Below are positions 15,798 to 23,438 of a DNA stretch of 47,975 nucleotides, in pieces; the stretch's first letter is position 1; each line of letters starts with the position of its first letter. Origin of the DNA: a virus; the IMG/VR virus record IMGVR_UViG_3300027852_000008, positions 1 to 47,975 of that record; one strand, 5' to 3'. The position numbers and the translations under genes were made by a program. Under the pieces are notes generated by a model that was not told the DNA's origin, made no database searches, and saw only the letters and a list, made by a program, of their open reading frames with translations.

Positions 15798-16076
15798 ATG
15801 ATGAATGAACAACTCTGGAGAACAAAGGATGGAAGAGAGGTTAAAGCTAAAGATATGAGCTTCTCTCACTTAACAAACTCTTTAGCAATGTTAAAGAGGA
15901 AGGGTTTTATTGATCCTAAAACATATGAATGCTACATAAACTGTCCCCCACCTACTGCAGAGGGAGCTTTAGATGCCTTTGAACAAGAATTAGATATAGT
16001 TTTAAATTCACCTGTATCTCCATTTATAGGTATATTTGAAAGAGAAATAGAAAGGAGAAAGAATGATGAAGAATAA
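15798..16076 (+). CDS. Hypothetical early protein
   Basis: 92 aa, RBS AAAGGAGAA. Confidence 0.65.
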   Translation: MMNEQLWRTKDGREVKAKDMSFSHLTNSLAMLKRKGFIDPKTYECYINCPPPTAEGALDAFEQELDIVLNSPVSPFIGIFEREIERRKNDEE

Positions 16077-16293
16077 AACATTCAAGCAACTATGGCAATT
16101 TGAAAGAGCATTTAACCACGCTGGATCATTAGCAAGAATTAGAAATGTCTTGAAAAGAATGATTGAAGCTGAGTCAACCTTACCAAATGAGGCTGCTCAT
16201 CTCAAGGTAGCTTTAATGCAGCTAAGTAAGGTTAACTTTAGAAAGGATCTAGATAGATCTTGGAAAAAGTTTTCTCATAAGAAAGAAGAATAA
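16063..16293 (+). CDS. Hypothetical early protein
   Basis: 76 aa, RBS GAAAGGAGAAAG. Confidence 0.6.
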   Translation: MMKNKTFKQLWQFERAFNHAGSLARIRNVLKRMIEAESTLPNEAAHLKVALMQLSKVNFRKDLDRSWKKFSHKKEE

Positions 16294-16321
16294 AGATTCT
16301 TTAATCCCTTGGAGATAAAAA

Positions 16322-16732
16322 ATGGACATAGACTTAACACAACTAAGTGAAGGTGAAATATCTTGGTTAGAAGATAAAGGAATCATTTCAACCGTTAAGC
16401 CTCCAGTTATATCAACTGAAGGTAAAAGAATAGATAAGATTCTATGTATACAAACTTCTTGTAACTTATGCAGTAATGTTGAGCTTATCTGGAAGGTTAT
16501 TAAGAATGGTAAAGGATCTTCCATTACACCAGAGGAATCAAACGTATCGAAATATAAAACCTTTAAAAGAGATGAAGCTAAAGCTACTGTATTCATCTGT
16601 AGTAATTGTAGACCTTTTCTCATGGAGAAGTCTAAGGAAAACTTAGTTGATATTATCCTATTAAAAAGAGGAGGCTTGATAAATGAAGGAGGTATTTATG
16701 ACACTGACAAAGGAACAAAAGGAGAAGATTGA
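16322..16732 (+). CDS. Hypothetical protein with CxxC...CxxC
   Basis: 136 aa with CNLCSN...CSNCRPF. Confidence 0.6.
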   Translation: MDIDLTQLSEGEISWLEDKGIISTVKPPVISTEGKRIDKILCIQTSCNLCSNVELIWKVIKNGKGSSITPEESNVSKYKTFKRDEAKATVFICSNCRPFLMEKSKENLVDIILLKRGGLINEGGIYDTDKGTKGED

Positions 16733-16901
16733 AGAAATAAACAATATGTCTCATGAGCATATGTGTACTTTATGGAGGCATGCCCCATCTGGTCACGAAT
16801 TCTTTGACATGAAATTACCTTATCATGATGTATTCTATGAAAGGCTGTTTACGCATTTTGGAGGTTTTACACCTGAAATAAGTAAGAAGATAGGATGGTA
16901 A
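16698..16901 (+). CDS. Hypothetical early protein
   Basis: The ATG at 16698 is preceded by GAAGGAGG. The tracked start 16683 lies inside that RBS. Confidence 0.55.
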   Translation: MTLTKEQKEKIEEINNMSHEHMCTLWRHAPSGHEFFDMKLPYHDVFYERLFTHFGGFTPEISKKIGW

Positions 16902-16911
16902 AGGAGGTAAC

Positions 16912-17130
16912 ATGGAGATAGAACAATTAGTTAATATCATATCAGATGCTTTTGATGGAAACTGGACAAATGAAAACAAAGGTACTATTGAAGAGTTACT
17001 AGATACACAAAGACTCTTAGTCAATGGATTGTCTAATGTTATAGCACTTCTTATTGACAAGAAAATTATTAGTCTAGAAGAGATTGAAGCCTATCTGCAA
17101 CAAGGATATGTTATAGAGGGAGGTGAATAA
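16912..17130 (+). CDS. Hypothetical early protein
   Basis: 72 aa, RBS AAAGGAGG. Confidence 0.6.
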   Translation: MEIEQLVNIISDAFDGNWTNENKGTIEELLDTQRLLVNGLSNVIALLIDKKIISLEEIEAYLQQGYVIEGGE

Positions 17131-17134
17131 AATA

Positions 17135-17323
17135 ATGATAACAGAAAGAACTTTAAAAAAGTGGAGAAAGGAAGCGCTTAAATGCAAAGAAGCTATAAGT
17201 TACATTACTGCTCCAGTTGGTATTGCACAAGATGTACATGCAAGGAGAGATAAAGAACTTTATAATCGTATCTTATGCTTGACCCAGGAACTCTTAGATC
17301 AACACCTATTAAAAAGGACATAA
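17135..17323 (+). CDS. Hypothetical early protein
   Basis: The ATG at 17135 lies 11 nt after GAGGGAGG. The tracked GTG at 17123 overlaps the RBS itself. Confidence 0.55.
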   Translation: MITERTLKKWRKEALKCKEAISYITAPVGIAQDVHARRDKELYNRILCLTQELLDQHLLKRT

Positions 17324-17324
17324 A

Positions 17325-17717
17325 GTGAAAGAAGAATTTATTTCAACTTGGTTTAAGAGATCGTTAGATCTAGAATTAGATGAAGAACTATACATCTCTT
17401 GCACAACTAAACAAGAAAGAACAGAAGTATTAAAGAAATTAAATAAGTTAAACAGTTCAATCTTTGGTTACAAAGAAGTAATGTTTAAGGGTATCTTTAA
17501 AGATAAGAGACATTGGATTACAGCTAAGATCATTCCACCTAGTAGTGGAATAGGCTGGCTTAAAAAGGATGGAGAGTTAATTAAGATAGACATAACGGAA
17601 AATAAAGAGAGAAGAAGGATGATAAAGCTTATGTTTCAAGATGGACTAACCTTAGAAGATATGAACAATGCTTTAGATGAACCATTAACTGATCATGAAA
17701 TTGAAGAATATTTTTAA
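17325..17717 (+). CDS. Hypothetical early protein
   Basis: 130 aa with a GTG start after AAAGGA. Confidence 0.6.
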   Translation: MKEEFISTWFKRSLDLELDEELYISCTTKQERTEVLKKLNKLNSSIFGYKEVMFKGIFKDKRHWITAKIIPPSSGIGWLKKDGELIKIDITENKERRRMIKLMFQDGLTLEDMNNALDEPLTDHEIEEYF

Positions 17718-17741
17718 AAAACAGTTTTCTGTATTTTTTAG

Positions 17742-17770
17742 TTGACAAACTTGAACATATGTGCGACAAT
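17742..17770 (+). promoter_or_regulatory. Sigma70-type promoter (TTGACA-N17-GACAAT with TGn) predicted to give a leaderless mRNA
   Basis: TTGACA at 17742..17747 and TGcGACAAT ending at 17770. The A of the ATG at 17777 lies 7 nt after the -10 box. Confidence 0.55.
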
Positions 17771-17776
17771 GTTTAT

Positions 17777-17953
17777 ATGAATCGAACGGATGTTCACTTG
17801 ATAATAAACAAAGGATTAAAAAACACTATAAAAGCACTTGCCTCATTAGAGGGTTTATCACTAAGTGCTTTTATAGAAAAGATCCTATATGATTATCTAA
17901 ATAAGGAGAAAGAGAAAAATGGAAGAGTATCCAGCAATAGATCTAATAAGTAA
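17777..17953 (+). CDS. Ribbon-helix-helix (Arc/CopG-like) DNA-binding protein
   Basis: MNRTDVHLIINKGLKNTIKALASLEGLSLSAFIEKILYDYL fits a beta-strand/helix/helix RHH pattern. Neither candidate ATG (17759 or 17777) has an SD. Confidence 0.6.
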   Translation: MNRTDVHLIINKGLKNTIKALASLEGLSLSAFIEKILYDYLNKEKEKNGRVSSNRSNK

Positions 17954-18149
17954 TGACAAAGGAGATAAGTTTACTCTAAACAGTTCTTGTTTGAAGGATG
18001 CTTTTATTAACTCGGAACTTAGATCATTTGGTAATCTTGTAGGAATGTCAGTTTGGTTAAATCCTTCATTTAACTGGAAGATTGTAAAGGATAATGAAGA
18101 TGAACTTTGTTTGATAGCTTATGATAAGGAGGTGAATGATAAAGAATAA
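17919..18149 (+). CDS. Hypothetical protein
   Basis: 76 aa, RBS AAGGAGAAAGAG. Confidence 0.6.
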   Translation: MEEYPAIDLISNDKGDKFTLNSSCLKDAFINSELRSFGNLVGMSVWLNPSFNWKIVKDNEDELCLIAYDKEVNDKE

Positions 18150-18193
18150 GCTAATAATATTAACCCTAAAACAATAATAAAGGAGATAATTTT

Positions 18194-18562
18194 ATGGCTA
18201 AGAAGAAACTAACAAAAGCATTTGATGAGAAGAATCCAAATCTATTGATTATTACAGAGATGACAACCAACACTGTGATAAAGATAGACATTTCAAAGTA
18301 CACTAAAGAGATACAACATAACCTGTTTAAACATGGAGTACTCCAAAAGCTTGGTGATGCTGCAGCTGGAAGGAGTGGCAAAGAAGCTGTAGATTCTATT
18401 AACAAGGTACAGGAAGGTCTAATGGCTGGTAATTGGGCTGTTCGAGCTCCTGCTACACCTAAGATCAGTAAGGCTGCTCTCTCTGAAGCTATGGCTGAGA
18501 TGTCTCCTGAAGATGCAAAGAAGGCAGCGGATCTTATGGCTAAGCTTGGTGTTACCCTATAA
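18194..18562 (+). CDS. Hypothetical protein, paralog of 12637..13143
   Basis: 122 aa, RBS AAAGGAGA. See the paralog finding for the shared blocks. Confidence 0.7.
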   Translation: MAKKKLTKAFDEKNPNLLIITEMTTNTVIKIDISKYTKEIQHNLFKHGVLQKLGDAAAGRSGKEAVDSINKVQEGLMAGNWAVRAPATPKISKAALSEAMAEMSPEDAKKAADLMAKLGVTL

Positions 18563-18572
18563 ACCCTATGTA

Positions 18573-18609
18573 TAACAGCAGTACAATATAAACCAATGTA
18601 CTGCTGTTA
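18573..18609 (+). terminator. Hairpin terminator candidate (13-bp perfect stem)
   Basis: TAACAGCAGTACA (18573..18585) pairs with TGTACTGCTGTTA (18597..18609) across an 11-nt loop. The following U-tract is weak (TATTAATAA). Confidence 0.55.
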
Positions 18610-18614
18610 TATTA

Positions 18615-18636
18615 ATAAGAAAAGTCAAAAATTGAC
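18615..18636 (+). promoter_or_regulatory. Conserved palindromic element, copy 6 (ATAAGAAAAGTCAAAAATTGAC)
   Basis: Lies 23 nt upstream of the nuclease ATG. Its right flank CTTTTTTCTGAA roughly mirrors the left flank. Confidence 0.7.
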
Positions 18637-18659
18637 CTTTTTTCTGAAAGGAATAAGAA

Positions 18660-19610
18660 ATGATTAAATTAAGCTATTCATCAAAGTCATCATTGAGTTG
18701 TCCAAGATTGTATTTTTTACAGAATATTCTTGGTTTAGAACCTTCCAGAGGAAGTAATCCCATGAGGTTCGGTGCTACATGGCATGCATATCTTCAGGGT
18801 TATTACAACCACATAAGAGATAATGGTTGGTCTCAAGATGGAGGTGCTATCGTCCAAGCTGGTAAATATGGTAGTATGGAATGGGATAAATACACTTTAC
18901 AATATGACTTTTCAGAAAGTGATACATATCTAACTCAACAAACATTAGGTGAGTGTTTCTTAGAATATATAACTGAATTTTATGAAGATGAAGAAATGTT
19001 AGAGGTACTGGAGGTTGAACAGTTTTTTGAGGTTACCTTTCCTTTATCTAATTCAGATAAAAAAGTCTATACTTATTTAGATGAGTTAGTATATAGGGGT
19101 AAGATAGATTTACAAGCATCACTAGGTGGAGCCAATTGGATTATAGAATTTAAGACTACTGGTTGGTCTTTACCCTTATTGATAAAGCAATTAGATAGGT
19201 CACCACAGATACTCAGTTATCAGGTATGTGGTAATATTCTTAATCATCAAATAGGAGGTTGTTTAGTACCTATCCTTTATATAACTTCTAGAAGGAAAAA
19301 GGATGGAGAGTATGGAAAGGTATCCAGACAGTTAAGAAGGGTTCCAAGAATCTTTTCTGAACAAGATATGGAACAGTGGATAAAATCTCTCTATGGTGAT
19401 GCTGATTATTTAGCTTATCTAACTAAACAAGATGTTTGGCCTATGCAATTTGAGTGTTGTGGAGACTTTGGGGGTTGTAACTTTACAGACATTTGTACAA
19501 TGTTACCTGATCTAGATGAAGTTAGAAATAGGGAAGAACCTTTAGATGGATTTAAATATAGGGTAAGGGCACCAGAAGAGAATAAAGTTTATGGAACTTA
19601 TGATAAATAA
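18660..19610 (+). CDS. PD-(D/E)xK exonuclease, Cas4/RecB-like
   Basis: 316 aa. The nuclease core is RGKIDL...IIEFKT. Cysteines lie at LSCPRLYF and at the C-terminal CCGDFGGCNFTDIC, as in Fe-S Cas4-type nucleases. Confidence 0.75.
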   Translation: MIKLSYSSKSSLSCPRLYFLQNILGLEPSRGSNPMRFGATWHAYLQGYYNHIRDNGWSQDGGAIVQAGKYGSMEWDKYTLQYDFSESDTYLTQQTLGECFLEYITEFYEDEEMLEVLEVEQFFEVTFPLSNSDKKVYTYLDELVYRGKIDLQASLGGANWIIEFKTTGWSLPLLIKQLDRSPQILSYQVCGNILNHQIGGCLVPILYITSRRKKDGEYGKVSRQLRRVPRIFSEQDMEQWIKSLYGDADYLAYLTKQDVWPMQFECCGDFGGCNFTDICTMLPDLDEVRNREEPLDGFKYRVRAPEENKVYGTYDK

Positions 19611-19622
19611 AGGTGGTGTTTT

Positions 19623-20366
19623 ATGAACGCTAAAGATGTAACAATATTAACTGAAGCTTTAAAAATAATGGTTGTAGGATCTTATGGTACAGGTAAGTCA
19701 ACTTTTGCTTCTACTTGTCCTACACCTGGATTTGTATTCAACTTTGATGATAGGATAGTTAGTTATGAAGGCTTGGATTTTGATTATGAAGACTATTCTA
19801 TGGATTGGAAAGGATGGGTTAAGTTTGAGAAAGATATATTAACTGTTAAGAAGGGGGTGATTGAAGAGAAGTATAAATCAGTCATAGTTGATTCTACTAC
19901 AACCATGACCGATTTAGCAATGGAAAGAGCTTTACAGCTTGATCCAAAGAGGAGTGAAACGGGTGGCCCAATCTGGAACATCCACTACATGATGGTAAGA
20001 AACCTTATTGAAGGAAGATTAAGGCAGATCATAAAGGAGTTTCCTTGTGATGTAATCTTAATATCTCACATTGATGTTAAGACAGATCAGAAAACAGGCA
20101 ATATTATAGATATTGTACCTTTGTTAACTGGTCAATTAGCCGAGAAGATTCCTGGTTATTGTGATGAAGTGTATTATGCAACTACAAGAAGAAAGGAGAA
20201 TAAGACAGAGTTTTTACTTCAAACTGTACCTATTGGTCTTACAAAGGCTAGGAGTGTACTATCTGGTAGGACAAAAAGATTACCTGATTTTGTTCCTAAT
20301 AACTACAACAGTATTATAAACCATTTACAAAAACAATTAAAGAAGGAGGTGAAAGCTAAGTCATGA
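19623..20366 (+). CDS. Sak4-like RecA-fold ATPase (AAA_24 type)
   Basis: Walker A VVGSYGTGKST followed by PGFVFNFDD, and Walker B SVIVDS. Its position next to the nuclease is typical. Confidence 0.7.
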   Translation: MNAKDVTILTEALKIMVVGSYGTGKSTFASTCPTPGFVFNFDDRIVSYEGLDFDYEDYSMDWKGWVKFEKDILTVKKGVIEEKYKSVIVDSTTTMTDLAMERALQLDPKRSETGGPIWNIHYMMVRNLIEGRLRQIIKEFPCDVILISHIDVKTDQKTGNIIDIVPLLTGQLAEKIPGYCDEVYYATTRRKENKTEFLLQTVPIGLTKARSVLSGRTKRLPDFVPNNYNSIINHLQKQLKKEVKAKS

Positions 20367-20731
20367 AAAAGTATGGTTTAAGAATAGGTAAAATTGGGAT
20401 TGAATTTGTCTCAATAGCTGATAGAGACAAGGCAATAAAAAACTTTACACAGGGAGTTGATGTTATAATATCAGACACTGGAGTTAGATATAAAGAAGGA
20501 GAAGGAAACTTTAGTGTTTATGATAGGGATAGTAAGGAGCTGATTACAAACTGTGCTATCTGTAAAGGAATATTCAACATTGAGACGTGTAATAACAGAG
20601 TATATCCTTTTAAGCACTCTTGGGAAGATGAATATAAATTTACTGAAGGATATATCTGTGATGCATGTTTTGCAGTAGTAACCAAAGCAGAAGAGGTGTT
20701 TAACGCAAAGAAATTACTTAATGAAGAATAA
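20363..20731 (+). CDS. Hypothetical protein with CxxC...CxxC
   Basis: 122 aa with CAICKG...CDAC. Confidence 0.6.
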   Translation: MKKYGLRIGKIGIEFVSIADRDKAIKNFTQGVDVIISDTGVRYKEGEGNFSVYDRDSKELITNCAICKGIFNIETCNNRVYPFKHSWEDEYKFTEGYICDACFAVVTKAEEVFNAKKLLNEE

Positions 20732-20749
20732 ACTAAATAAAGGAGAAAA

Positions 20750-21271
20750 ATGATGGCTAAAAAGGAAAGAGAAGTACCTGAGGAAGCAACAGAGATGACA
20801 TGTGAGGATCAAGGCTTTGTTGATGAAGAAACTGACTTTGACGTAGAAGAAGAGTACAAACCTACACCACTAGTTCCTAAGTCAACCTATCATGCCTTTA
20901 TAACAGAGGTATCTGATAACAAAGAAGCTGCTTCTATCGACTTTACCTGTACCTTCCAGGATAATGGTGGTATAATGAGTGATGGAGAAACACAGATAGA
21001 TGGAAGTACGATTAAGAAAAGAGTGTTTCTACCTAAACCTGGTGATGATCAAGAAAGGACAAAATCTGGCAAGATGACCAAACGTCAGGCAAAGATTAAC
21101 ATGATGAGAGATTTTGCTGAAGGAATGAAGATTAACATGAACAACCTATCAGTTATTAGGACAGCTATCGATAACAGTGAGTGGATAGGACTTAGTGTAA
21201 CCTTAAAAGTAGACATCAGGGAATATCAAGGTAGATTCTCTAACGACATAGTCACGATGGTGATGGCTTAA
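20750..21271 (+). CDS. DUF669-like putative ssDNA-binding protein
   Basis: 173 aa with an acidic N-terminus, located after a Sak4-like gene. The assignment rests on synteny and general resemblance. Confidence 0.4.
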   Translation: MMAKKEREVPEEATEMTCEDQGFVDEETDFDVEEEYKPTPLVPKSTYHAFITEVSDNKEAASIDFTCTFQDNGGIMSDGETQIDGSTIKKRVFLPKPGDDQERTKSGKMTKRQAKINMMRDFAEGMKINMNNLSVIRTAIDNSEWIGLSVTLKVDIREYQGRFSNDIVTMVMA

Positions 21272-21272
21272 G

Positions 21273-21494
21273 ATGAGACTAGAAGATCAAGGAGTCAGGT
21301 TTAATCGCCTGGCTCCAAACCAAAAAATAGAATTTATGAGACAGTTTAGGAACAAGAGGGATTTAGCTTTAGAATTAAATCCAAGACCTATACCTAAATT
21401 ACCCAAGCCTTCTTTAACTAATGAAGAAAAGGCTATTTTAAAGACCCTTGGTATAAAACAAAAGGATATAAATAGTTTAAGAAAGGAGATATAA
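21273..21494 (+). CDS. Hypothetical protein
   Basis: 73 aa and basic. Confidence 0.55.
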   Translation: MRLEDQGVRFNRLAPNQKIEFMRQFRNKRDLALELNPRPIPKLPKPSLTNEEKAILKTLGIKQKDINSLRKEI

Positions 21495-21495
21495 T

Positions 21496-21720
21496 ATGAG
21501 TAATGGAAATGGCTTACCCAGAACAGCTGTAAAAGTTAGCTTAGGTGATTGTGAAAGTTATAAGTGTCCTGAGTGTTCAGGAGATTTATTTTACACCTTA
21601 TTTATTTTAAAGACAATACCAGCACTTTTGTCTCAAAGTGGTAAAGAAGAACTAGTTAACTTAGAAACATTTTTCTGTAATAGTTGTGACTTTAACACTG
21701 GTATATTAAAGAGAGGTTAA
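21496..21720 (+). CDS. Small zinc-ribbon protein
   Basis: 74 aa with CPECSG...CNSCD. RBS AAAGGAGA. Confidence 0.6.
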   Translation: MSNGNGLPRTAVKVSLGDCESYKCPECSGDLFYTLFILKTIPALLSQSGKEELVNLETFFCNSCDFNTGILKRG

Positions 21721-21726
21721 TAAATA

Positions 21727-23031
21727 ATGAAAGATGAAAGATTTTTCTTTGTTGATCCTTTAACTGTTAAGATAAGAGAGGGATTAGATAGATATAGGAA
21801 AGACGTTAAAAAATTAAACAAATTAAAAGAGTCTATAACAAAGTTTAAACAATTTCATCCTGTCTTAGTAACTAAAGAACTAGAACTTATTTCCGGAGGC
21901 AGAAGACTAGCTGCATGTATAGCTTTAGGTAGAGAAGTTATGTGTATGGACAGGGGTGAATTAACTGATTTAGAGATTAGAGAAATAGAATTAGAAGAGA
22001 ACTTGCAAAGTGAAGATCTTTCTCCTGCAGATGAAGCTATAGCAACAGCTGATTTACACAACTTAAAACAAGAAATATATGGTAAATCTGTTTCGGGTAG
22101 ACAAGGCGGTTGGACTTTAGAACAAACAGCTGAAACAATTTCTATGTCAAAGGGTACTGTTTTAGATGCCATAGAAATAGCTGCTGCAGTTGAAGAGTTT
22201 CCTGAGCTTAAGGATTGTAAGACTAAAACGGATATAAAACGAGCTGCTAAGATGATACAGAGGACTATGCTCAGAGCTCAAAAAGTAGAGGAGCATGAAA
22301 ATAATATAAAAGGGATAAGAGATACAGTTAAGGTAGAGTTAGAAGATGTCTTAGTTCACATGAAAACGATACCAGATAATCACATAGACCTATTACTAAC
22401 AGATCCTCTGTATGAAATACAAGTTGATGAAATAAAAAGAGGAAGTGGAGATGTTCCTGGAGGCTTATCAAATGTGGGATATAAGATCAAGGATGATAAA
22501 ACAGACTTCAGTGTATTAAAACAATTAGCTTTAGAGTCTTACAGGTTTACAAAGACAACATCCTTAGCTTATATATTCGTAGCTCCGGAGCATTTTCATA
22601 CAGTAAGAAATATATTCATCCATGCTGGTTGGAATTGTCATATAAAACCTTTAATATGGTTCAAACCTAATGCAGGTCAGTGTAATGTTCCTCTTAAGTG
22701 GCCAGCAAGTAGTTATGAAATGATCCTATATGCTAGAAGGTCGGAAGCACAGTTGATTAAACTTGGTCAAAGAGATGTATTAACTTATAGCACAGTTACA
22801 GGTACAAATAAATTACATGATTATGAGAAACCAGTAGAGTTATTAGAAGATCTTATTTTAAGATCTGTCTATCCTGGTAGTACATTATATGATCCCTTTA
22901 TGGGAAGTGGTTCATCTATCGTTGCGGGTATGAGACAAAAGTTAATTTGTTTTGGCTGTGATTATAACAAGGATGCTTATAATGCTACTTTAGCTAGAGT
23001 TAATGAAGAGGTAAATGGATATGAAAAATGA
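21727..23031 (+). CDS. ParB-like nuclease domain fused to a beta-class N6A/N4C DNA methyltransferase
   Basis: The N-terminus HPVLVTKELELISGGRRLAACIALG is ParB/Srx-like. Motif IV LLLTDPLYE precedes motif I LYDPFMGSGSSIVAG. Confidence 0.8.
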   Translation: MKDERFFFVDPLTVKIREGLDRYRKDVKKLNKLKESITKFKQFHPVLVTKELELISGGRRLAACIALGREVMCMDRGELTDLEIREIELEENLQSEDLSPADEAIATADLHNLKQEIYGKSVSGRQGGWTLEQTAETISMSKGTVLDAIEIAAAVEEFPELKDCKTKTDIKRAAKMIQRTMLRAQKVEEHENNIKGIRDTVKVELEDVLVHMKTIPDNHIDLLLTDPLYEIQVDEIKRGSGDVPGGLSNVGYKIKDDKTDFSVLKQLALESYRFTKTTSLAYIFVAPEHFHTVRNIFIHAGWNCHIKPLIWFKPNAGQCNVPLKWPASSYEMILYARRSEAQLIKLGQRDVLTYSTVTGTNKLHDYEKPVELLEDLILRSVYPGSTLYDPFMGSGSSIVAGMRQKLICFGCDYNKDAYNATLARVNEEVNGYEK

Positions 23032-23218
23032 TAACACAGAAATATATGATTTTACTGAAGTATGTAAAAATATTCTAAGCATGGTGGATTCTTTTGATGC
23101 TTCTCATTCTATCTGTAAGAATAAAGCAATAGATAGTCTTCTACAGAAACTCTATAATCTAGCAGAGGAAGGTATAGATTTATTCAAAGTTAATGAGGAG
23201 GTTAGTAAAAGTGGATAA
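23021..23218 (+). CDS. Hypothetical protein
   Basis: The tracked start is 23015. The ATG at 23021 has better spacing from GAAGAGG. Possible paralog of the next ORF. Confidence 0.5.
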   Translation: MKNDNTEIYDFTEVCKNILSMVDSFDASHSICKNKAIDSLLQKLYNLAEEGIDLFKVNEEVSKSG

Positions 23219-23393
23219 AATAGAGATGAATAAAGATTTAGAAATATTAGTTATGGAGATTAATCAATTAATAGTAACCTTTGATAAAACATATGATACT
23301 TGTTTAGCTAAGTCAATACAAACAGTTGCTGGAGTACTCCTCTCTATTTTAGAAGGTAAACGAAGAATAATAAAAGAAACAAAAAAGGATTAA
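23211..23393 (+). CDS. Hypothetical protein
   Basis: The tracked start is 23193. The GTG at 23211 lies 9 nt after GAGGAGG. The start is uncertain. Confidence 0.5.
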   Translation: MDKIEMNKDLEILVMEINQLIVTFDKTYDTCLAKSIQTVAGVLLSILEGKRRIIKETKKD

Positions 23394-23411
23394 GAAAAGT
23401 CAAAAGTTGAC
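23390..23411 (+). promoter_or_regulatory. Conserved palindromic element, copy 7 (TTAAGAAAAGTCAAAAGTTGAC)
   Basis: Overlaps the stop codon of the upstream ORF, 27 nt upstream of the DNA polymerase ATG. It is the same 22-mer as copy 8. Confidence 0.7.
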
Positions 23412-23438
23412 TCAAAAACTTAATAACTAGGAGAAATT

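Noticed and set aside
15023-16623. Minus-strand ORFs 15023..15292 and 16249..16623 inside the rightward early block (also 16815..17060, 18166..18405, 19793..19981, 21855..22172, 25646..25897, 25982..26167, 27511..27717, 27940..28170, 29620..29826)
   Set aside because: They are antisense to tightly packed plus-strand genes, have no RBS and are hydrophobic or low-complexity. They are most likely shadow ORFs of AT-rich coding sequence.
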